Source: Longimicrobiales bacterium
Lineage (GTDB): Bacteria > Gemmatimonadota > Gemmatimonadetes > Longimicrobiales > Gaopeijiaceae
DNA length: 64,000 nucleotides
Assembly (NCBI GenBank): GCA_041690395.1
Contig: JAWLHJ010000002.1
Location: forward strand, 1-64,000
Direction of reading: 5' to 3'
Of the stretch, positions 57,807-64,000 are shown one piece after another. The position numbers and the translations under genes were made by a program. Numbering within the stretch: position 1 is the stretch's first letter; every line of letters begins with the position of its first letter. Under the pieces are notes generated by a model. That model saw nothing but the letters and a program-made list of their open reading frames with translations. It did no database searches and had not been told where the DNA came from.

Positions 57807-59039
57807 TCAGCGGTCCCGGACGTGCATCCCTTCGGCTTCCAGAGCCTCGATGATGGCATGCAGATGCTCGAGGCCGGTGGTCTCGACGATGGTGACGATC
57901 TCCACGTCTCCCACCCTGATGTCCGCGAAGGCCCTGCGGTGGCTGGTCTCCAGGACGTTCGCGCCCTGGTCCGCGAGAACCCGCGTGAGCCGTGCCAGAG
58001 ACCCGGGACGATCGGGCGCGCGGACCACGAGCCGTGCGACGCGACCGTCGGCCTCCAGCCCTCGATCGATGATCCGGGACACCCGGTTCATGTCGATGTT
58101 TCCGCCCGACAGGACCACGACCACCGGGGCGTCGTCCGGAGTGGGAATCTTCCCGGCGAGGAGCGCGGCCACCCCGACCGCTCCCGCTCCCTCCACGACG
58201 GTGCGGCCGCGCTCGAGCAGGACCAGGATCGCCGACGCGATCTCGTCTTCGCTGACGGTGACGAGGTCGTCGACGTAGCGCTCCATGAGCGGAAAGGTCC
58301 GGTCGCCGATCCGCTTGGTCGCGATGCCGTCCGCCAGCGTCGGCGCGTGGTCGATCTTCACCACGTGGCCGGCCGCTCTCGACGCGGTGGCCGACGGTAC
58401 GGCCTCGGCCTCGACGCCCACGAGGCGGACGTTCGGCCGCACGGCCTTGATGGCGATGCCGATCCCCGAAATCAGCCCGCCTCCACCGACGGGGACGACC
58501 ACGGTCGCGGCGTCGGGCACGTCCTCCAGGATCTCCAGGCCGACCGTCCCCTGACCCGCGATGACCGCGTCGTCGTCGAACGCCGACACCATGATCGAGC
58601 CCTCGCGCCGCGCGATCTCGCGGGCGATCTCCGCGCTCTCGTCGAGGATGGTGCCGGACAGCTCCACCCGGGCCCCGTACCTACGCGTGTTCGCGACCTT
58701 CACCAGAGGGGCGGCCTCGGGCATGACGACCGTCACCGGAATGCCCAGGCGACCGCCGTGGTAGGCGAGCGCCTGGGCGTGGTTTCCGGCGCTCGCCGTC
58801 ACGGCGCCCCGGCGCCGCTCGTCGTCGTCGAAACGCGCCAGCTTGTTCAGCGCGCCCCGGTCCTTGAAGGAGCCGGTGTGCTGCTGGTTCTCGAGCTTGA
58901 AATGGAGGCGGGCCGGGCTGAGGTCGGAGAAGCCCGACGCCGCGAGACACGACGTGCGCACCACCGATCCGGCGATGCGCTCGCGCGCCTCCTCGACGTC
59001 GGCCGGGGTCACCCCCGACGCCCCCCCGTTCGCGCTCAT
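57807..59039 (-). CDS. ilvA: Threonine ammonia-lyase with single ACT domain
   Basis: KLEN.Q.TGSFKDRGA, SAGNHAQ, AGQGT, VGGGGLISG, SGGNID, ACT motif DRPGSL. Confidence 0.92.
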   Translation of the reverse strand: MSANGGASGVTPADVEEARERIAGSVVRTSCLAASGFSDLSPARLHFKLENQQHTGSFKDRGALNKLARFDDDERRRGAVTASAGNHAQALAYHGGRLGIPVTVVMPEAAPLVKVANTRRYGARVELSGTILDESAEIAREIARREGSIMVSAFDDDAVIAGQGTVGLEILEDVPDAATVVVPVGGGGLISGIGIAIKAVRPNVRLVGVEAEAVPSATASRAAGHVVKIDHAPTLADGIATKRIGDRTFPLMERYVDDLVTVSEDEIASAILVLLERGRTVVEGAGAVGVAALLAGKIPTPDDAPVVVVLSGGNIDMNRVSRIIDRGLEADGRVARLVVRAPDRPGSLARLTRVLADQGANVLETSHRRAFADIRVGDVEIVTIVETTGLEHLHAIIEALEAEGMHVRDR

Positions 59040-62000
59040 CCGCCCGGCGGCACGGGTACGGGCGCCGCGTCCACCAGTGGACGTCGGATGCCGAGACGGG
59101 ACAGCTCCTCCTGGAGCGCGGGCAGCTCGGTCTCCAGCAATGCGTTCAAGGAGCGGACCGCGTCCGGCATCCGCTCCCAGGCCAGATCCACGAGGAACCT
59201 CTGATCGGACGTCGGCGGTCCCCAGTGGCCTCCGGCCCCGTTCATGGCGGTACGGGCATTGCCCGCCAGATCGCCGATCCGCTCGGTCGCCTCGTCGACG
59301 CGCTCCGCCACGTCCGAGACACGCTCGTCGAGTGAGTCCGGAGCCTCGCCGTGCTCCTCGCCATACTCCTCGACGAGTGCCCGGATCTCGTCGATGGTCC
59401 GCTCCGCCTCCGACGCCGCCTCCTGGGCGGGCTCCACCTGGTGGAGCAGCGAAGCGGCGTCGACGAAGAGACGGTGCCGCTCCTGGAGGGCGACGGCCGT
59501 CGTCTCGACGCGGGGATCGAGCCGAACCTCGACATCCTGTGAGGCCCGTGCTCCGCCGGCGTCCAGGGTGACCGTATACCGGCCGGGCAGAACCGGGACC
59601 GTCGCCTCGCCGTCGAGCTCGCCCGAGAGGTCCTCGTCCAGCTCCCAGAGTACCTCGTGGGTGCCGGCGGCCGCCGGAGCGCTCAGCCGTCGGAGGGTGT
59701 CGCCCTCCATGTCCGTGACCAGGATTCGCACCGGATCCTCCTCGGCGCCGTCGGCCAGGCTGTAGCGGACGCGCGCCGCGATCGGTGGATTCTCGGCGAA
59801 CCACGTATCACCCCAGAAGGGCCATCCGCCCGTGCGGGACCAGAACGTGGCGCGCCGGATCGGGAAGAGCGTCACGTCGTCGAGCCCTGCGTTGGCCACA
59901 CGCTCGAGCGGCCGGATGTCCTCCACGATCCAGATCGAGCGGCCGTGCGTGCCGACCACGAGATCGCGCTCCCGGGGATGGATGACCAGGTCGTCGACCG
60001 GGACGGTCGGGAAGGCCCCACCGCCCGTCATCCGCGTCCAACTCTGCCCTCGGTCCGTCGAGGCGAAGAGACCGACCTCGTTGCCGACGAAGAGCAGATT
60101 CTCGGCCTCCCGGCTCTCGCGGACCACGTTGACGGAGTGACTCGGGAGCCCCGACGTGATGCGCCGCCACGACCCGCCGAAGTCCTCCGTGACGAAGACG
60201 TAGGGCGTAAGGTCGTCGTCCCAGTGTCCGTCGAAGGTGACGTACGCCCGCCCGTCGACGTGGGCGGAGGCCTCGACCCTGCTGACGTAGCGGCGTCCGG
60301 GCAGCCCCGGCACGTTCTCCACCACGTTGGTCCAGCTCGCGCCACCGTCGCGGGTCACCTGCAGGTTCCCGTCGTCGGTCCCGACCCACAGGATATCCGC
60401 CGAGCGCGGCGACTCGTCGACTGTGGTGATGGTCCCGTAGTTCGACTGTCCGTCGTTGCGGGACAGGTGCGGCTCGGAGAGCGGCCGCCCGAAGATCTCG
60501 AGCGTGTCCCGGTCGATCGCGCGCGTCAGGTCGGGGCTCGCCTCTTCCCACGTCTGTCCGCGGTCGTTCGACCGAAGCAGGTGGTTGGCGCCGTGATACA
60601 CGCGGTTCGGCACGTGCTGCGACACCACGATGGGGGCGTTCCAGTTGAAGTCGTACCCTTCCTCGGATTCCTCGCGCTCCTCGGCGCGGTTCACCGCCCG
60701 GATGCGCACGGCCTCACCGGTTTCGACGTTCACCCGGCTGATGTTCCCGCCCTGCGACTCGGAGTACATGATGCGCCAGTCGTTCGGATCGACCTGGTTG
60801 TAGAAACCGTCGCCGCCGGACACGTCGTACCAGTTCCGGTTCGAGACCCCGTAGGTGTCGAGGGTCTGGCTGGGGCCGCACCAGGAGGAGTTGTCTTGGA
60901 GGCCGCCGCACACGTAGTACGGGTCGCGCATGTCGACGCCGACCTCGTAGTACTGACCCACCGGAATGTTGTCGTGGTGCTGCCAGGTGACCGCGGCGTC
61001 CCACGAGGTGGCCACACCCCCGTCGTGGCCCAGCACGATGTGGTTGGAGTCGTCCGGGTCGATCCACAGCGCGTGGTTGTCGACGTGGATGGACCAGTAT
61101 CCGTCCTGCTCCCACCACGTCCGCCCGCCATCGTCCGAAACCTGCATGATGACGCCACCGACGTAGATGCGCTCCGGGTTGTTCGGGTCGATGCGGATGA
61201 GCGAGAAGTACATCGGGCGCGGGTTCATGCCACTCATCCGCTCCCACGTCTCGCCCCGGTCGAGCGAACGGTAGGTCCCCTGCTCCTCCGGCGTGCTCCC
61301 CTCGACCAGCGCATAAAGCAGGTTCCCGTCGCGACGGTAGACGTCGAGGCCGATCCGGCCCTTGTCGCCCTCCGGGAGTCCCTCCGTCAACTCGTGCCAG
61401 CTGTCGCCGCCGTCGAGCGTACGGTACAGTCCGCTCCCGTCGCCCGAGGCGCTGAACCCGAAGGCGGTCCGCCGGCGCTGGTACATCGTGGCGAAGATCG
61501 TGCGCGGGTCGCCCGGATCCATGACCAGGTCGATGGCACCGGTGTTCTCGTCGATGTAGAGGACCTTCTCCCACGTCTCGCCGCCGTCGACGGTCCGGTA
61601 GACACCGCGCTCTTCGTTCGGGCCCCAGAGATGCCCCACGGCCGCGACCCAGGCCACGTCGGGGTCCTGCGGATGCACGACGATCTTGCCGATGTGGTGG
61701 GTCTCCTCGAGCCCCAGGCCGACCCAGGTGCGCCCGCCGTCCACCGAGCGGTAGACGCCCCCTCCATACGGGGACGACTGCCGGTTCTGGGGCTCGCCCG
61801 TGCCGACCCAGATCACGTTCGGATTCGACGGGGCCAGCGTCACGTCGCCGATCGACGCGTTCGGCTGGTCGTCCCAGAGCGGCTCCCAGCTCATGCCGTG
61901 CGACGTGGTGCGCCAGAGTCCCCCCGACGCGAATCCGACGTACCAGTGCGCGGGGTTGTCGGGATGGACGTCGAGGTCCGCCACCCGCCCGCCCATGAGC

Positions 62001-62119
62001 GTCGGCCCGAGCTCCCGGAACGGAATCGCGTCGGCGACCCCGGCCGGCGACTGCGCGCCCGCCGGAGCCGGAGCCGTGACGACGGCCGCCAGGAGCGCGG
62101 CCAGGAGCAGCCGTGTCAT
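59036..62119 (-). CDS. Secreted BNR/Asp-box (VPS10-like) beta-propeller glycosyl hydrolase-like protein
   Basis: Signal peptide; many S/T-x-D-G-G-x-T/S-W boxes; GGLQDN, GGDGF, GTHGRS; C-terminal coiled coil. Confidence 0.88.
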   Translation of the reverse strand: MTRLLLAALLAAVVTAPAPAGAQSPAGVADAIPFRELGPTLMGGRVADLDVHPDNPAHWYVGFASGGLWRTTSHGMSWEPLWDDQPNASIGDVTLAPSNPNVIWVGTGEPQNRQSSPYGGGVYRSVDGGRTWVGLGLEETHHIGKIVVHPQDPDVAWVAAVGHLWGPNEERGVYRTVDGGETWEKVLYIDENTGAIDLVMDPGDPRTIFATMYQRRRTAFGFSASGDGSGLYRTLDGGDSWHELTEGLPEGDKGRIGLDVYRRDGNLLYALVEGSTPEEQGTYRSLDRGETWERMSGMNPRPMYFSLIRIDPNNPERIYVGGVIMQVSDDGGRTWWEQDGYWSIHVDNHALWIDPDDSNHIVLGHDGGVATSWDAAVTWQHHDNIPVGQYYEVGVDMRDPYYVCGGLQDNSSWCGPSQTLDTYGVSNRNWYDVSGGDGFYNQVDPNDWRIMYSESQGGNISRVNVETGEAVRIRAVNRAEEREESEEGYDFNWNAPIVVSQHVPNRVYHGANHLLRSNDRGQTWEEASPDLTRAIDRDTLEIFGRPLSEPHLSRNDGQSNYGTITTVDESPRSADILWVGTDDGNLQVTRDGGASWTNVVENVPGLPGRRYVSRVEASAHVDGRAYVTFDGHWDDDLTPYVFVTEDFGGSWRRITSGLPSHSVNVVRESREAENLLFVGNEVGLFASTDRGQSWTRMTGGGAFPTVPVDDLVIHPRERDLVVGTHGRSIWIVEDIRPLERVANAGLDDVTLFPIRRATFWSRTGGWPFWGDTWFAENPPIAARVRYSLADGAEEDPVRILVTDMEGDTLRRLSAPAAAGTHEVLWELDEDLSGELDGEATVPVLPGRYTVTLDAGGARASQDVEVRLDPRVETTAVALQERHRLFVDAASLLHQVEPAQEAASEAERTIDEIRALVEEYGEEHGEAPDSLDERVSDVAERVDEATERIGDLAGNARTAMNGAGGHWGPPTSDQRFLVDLAWERMPDAVRSLNALLETELPALQEELSRLGIRRPLVDAAPVPVPPGG

Positions 62120-64000
62120 CGGCTTCCTCCCATGCGGTCGTCGGTCGGACCTCCCCCGCCGAGCCAGTGGGTGAACCACTGACGGAGCCGTCCGAGCCGG
62201 TCGACGAGCAGCCAGGGCTCACCGGTTCTCGACAGATCGTGCGTCGAGCGGGGGTAGCGGATGAACTCCACCGGTACGCCCTGCTTCTCGAGCGACATGA
62301 ACCACTGCTCCGCGTCGGTCATGGGCGTCCGGTGATCCTCCTCGGACTGCACGATCAGCGTGGGCGTCGTAACCCGGTCCACGAATCGGATCGGCGACAG
62401 GTCGATGTACGTCTCCCAGGCCTCCCACGGCTTCCCGTAGAACTCGAACTCCGTGAGGCCGGGCACGTCGGAGGTGCCCCACCACGACACCCAGTTGCTG
62501 ATCATGCGGTCGGCCTGGGCCGCCGCGAACCGGTCGGTCTTCGTGGTGATCCATGCGGTCATGAAGCCGCCATAGCTTCCGCCGGTGACGCCGAGACGCT
62601 CCGGGTCGACATCGTCGCGCTCGACCACGATGTCCACGGCACGCATGAGGTCCTCGTAGTCCTCGAGTCCCCAGCGGCCCCGCGTCGAATAGGTGAAGTC
62701 CGCGCCGTAGCCGCTCGATCCGCGCGGGTTCGTATAGAGCACGAACATCCCGGCACCCGTCAGGTTGTGGAACTCGTCGAACCACCCCTCGCCGTACGCC
62801 GAGTGCGGTCCGCCGTGGATGTAGAGCACGAGCGGGTAGCGCTCCCCTTCCCGGTATCCATGGGGATACTGGAGCCAGGCCTCGATCTCCAGGCCCCCGA
62901 CCGAGGTGTAGGTGAAGCGCTCCGCCTCGGGCCAGTCGATCTCGGCGTTGAGCGCGTCGTTGAAGCTCGTCAGGCGCCGCTCGTTCGTTCCGTCGGCATT
63001 CGCCAGGTAGAGCTCGGTGGGCTGGTCCACGGACGTGGCGACGAAGGCCACGTTCCGGTACGAGCCGTCGAAGGAGAAGCCGTTGATCCGGCGCCGTCCC
63101 GAGACGACCTCCTCGATGTCCCCGCCCCCGGCGTCGACGTGGAAGAGCGCGGTCCGCCCGCCCACCGAGGCGCTCATGGCGAGGCGGTCGTTCGACATCC
63201 AGGTGACAAGCTGCGGCTCGTAGACGAAGTCCGTGAGGAGGTTCCTGGGCTCTCCACCGGCCTGGACGTCGACGACCCACAGCCGGTCGGACGACGTCCG
63301 CTCGAGCGCGCTCACGAATGCGAGCCGTCTGGAGTCCGGTGCCCACACGAGGTCACCCTCGGTGCCGGTCTGGTTGGTCACCCGGCGCGGCTCCCCACCG
63401 TCCACGGAGATCACGAAGATGTCGCCGTCGTTCCGGGGCGCTTCGTCCCGCTCGGGGTCGTACGGCAGGAGCGCCAGCGAGTCCTGCTCGGCGTCGACCA
63501 CCGAGTCGGGCCGGAGCTCCGGGTCGGCCACGAACGCGATCCAGCGGCCGTCGGGTGAGACCGCGGCGCCGCGGTGCGAATAAGGCGTGTCGGTGATGCG
63601 CCGAGCGGTGTCGGACGGCTGGAAGCCCTGGATCCAGAGCTGTGCGGGATCCCAGTTCGGAGCCTCGGCCGCGTTGGGCACGAACCCCGGACCGTTCCGC
63701 TTGTACCCGAGGTCCACGATGTGGCGGCCGTCGAAGCGGGCCGGCTCGAGCGGCTCGGTCACGCCCCCGAACGGCGGGCGCGCGGTGGCCGGCATGTCGG
63801 CGTAGGGGTCGGGCCCCTCCGCGTCGTCGTCGTCCTCGTCCGATCCGCGGGTGAAGACGGCGAAGGAGCCGTCCGCCGGCACCGACCCGTCGGGCCACGA
63901 CTCCGGCTGGAAGGCCTCGCCCGGCCGGCTGCCATCCATGCGGATGGCCCACCGGTCGCTGTTGCCGCCCTCGCGGTCGGACTCGAAAAAGAGGAGCGTC
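62116..64000 (-). CDS. S9 family (prolyl oligopeptidase/acylaminoacyl) peptidase; 5' end outside window
   Basis: WD40/TolB-like propeller, IHGGPH, NPRGSSGYG, GGSYGG nucleophile, D.RTP, HDLSRTG. Confidence 0.92.
   Translation of the reverse strand, partial: TLLFFESDREGGNSDRWAIRMDGSRPGEAFQPESWPDGSVPADGSFAVFTRGSDEDDDDAEGPDPYADMPATARPPFGGVTEPLEPARFDGRHIVDLGYKRNGPGFVPNAAEAPNWDPAQLWIQGFQPSDTARRITDTPYSHRGAAVSPDGRWIAFVADPELRPDSVVDAEQDSLALLPYDPERDEAPRNDGDIFVISVDGGEPRRVTNQTGTEGDLVWAPDSRRLAFVSALERTSSDRLWVVDVQAGGEPRNLLTDFVYEPQLVTWMSNDRLAMSASVGGRTALFHVDAGGGDIEEVVSGRRRINGFSFDGSYRNVAFVATSVDQPTELYLANADGTNERRLTSFNDALNAEIDWPEAERFTYTSVGGLEIEAWLQYPHGYREGERYPLVLYIHGGPHSAYGEGWFDEFHNLTGAGMFVLYTNPRGSSGYGADFTYSTRGRWGLEDYEDLMRAVDIVVERDDVDPERLGVTGGSYGGFMTAWITTKTDRFAAAQADRMISNWVSWWGTSDVPGLTEFEFYGKPWEAWETYIDLSPIRFVDRVTTPTLIVQSEEDHRTPMTDAEQWFMSLEKQGVPVEFIRYPRSTHDLSRTGEPWLLVDRLGRLRQWFTHWLGGGGPTDDRMGGSR

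Overview
GC-rich bacterial chromosomal window (roughly 70% GC by eye), densely coding, with about 53 intact or partial CDSs, one tRNA-Leu(CAA) and two gene remnants. The gene content (outer-membrane proteins, many secreted peptidases, a BNR-repeat hydrolase, PQQ dehydrogenase, floA operon) suggests a diderm heterotroph, tentatively Gemmatimonadota; this is inference and was not verified. Housekeeping genes include icd, fbaA, gltA, acnA, rplU-rpmA, rng, recQ, ilvA and dnaE2. There are two acyl-CoA catabolic clusters (box/paa-like and atuA/liu-like) and several peptidoglycan-remodelling genes. I found no CRISPR array, integrase, transposase or prophage. The most notable locus is a translationally coupled pair at 19517-21834 (-). 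One gene encodes a small secreted PA2779-like protein ending in Gly-Gly plus a hydrophobic tail. The other encodes a signal peptide-C39 peptidase-TPR-POTRA-Omp85-like beta-barrel fusion. Together they are a candidate dedicated processing/export system. Non-coding signals include a 178-bp inverted doublet of a 77-bp REP-like unit, a shared ECF-type promoter motif upstream of three cell-wall genes, and a direct-repeat operator over the -10 of an apparently leaderless dnaE2. All family calls come from motif recognition by eye, with no database searches.
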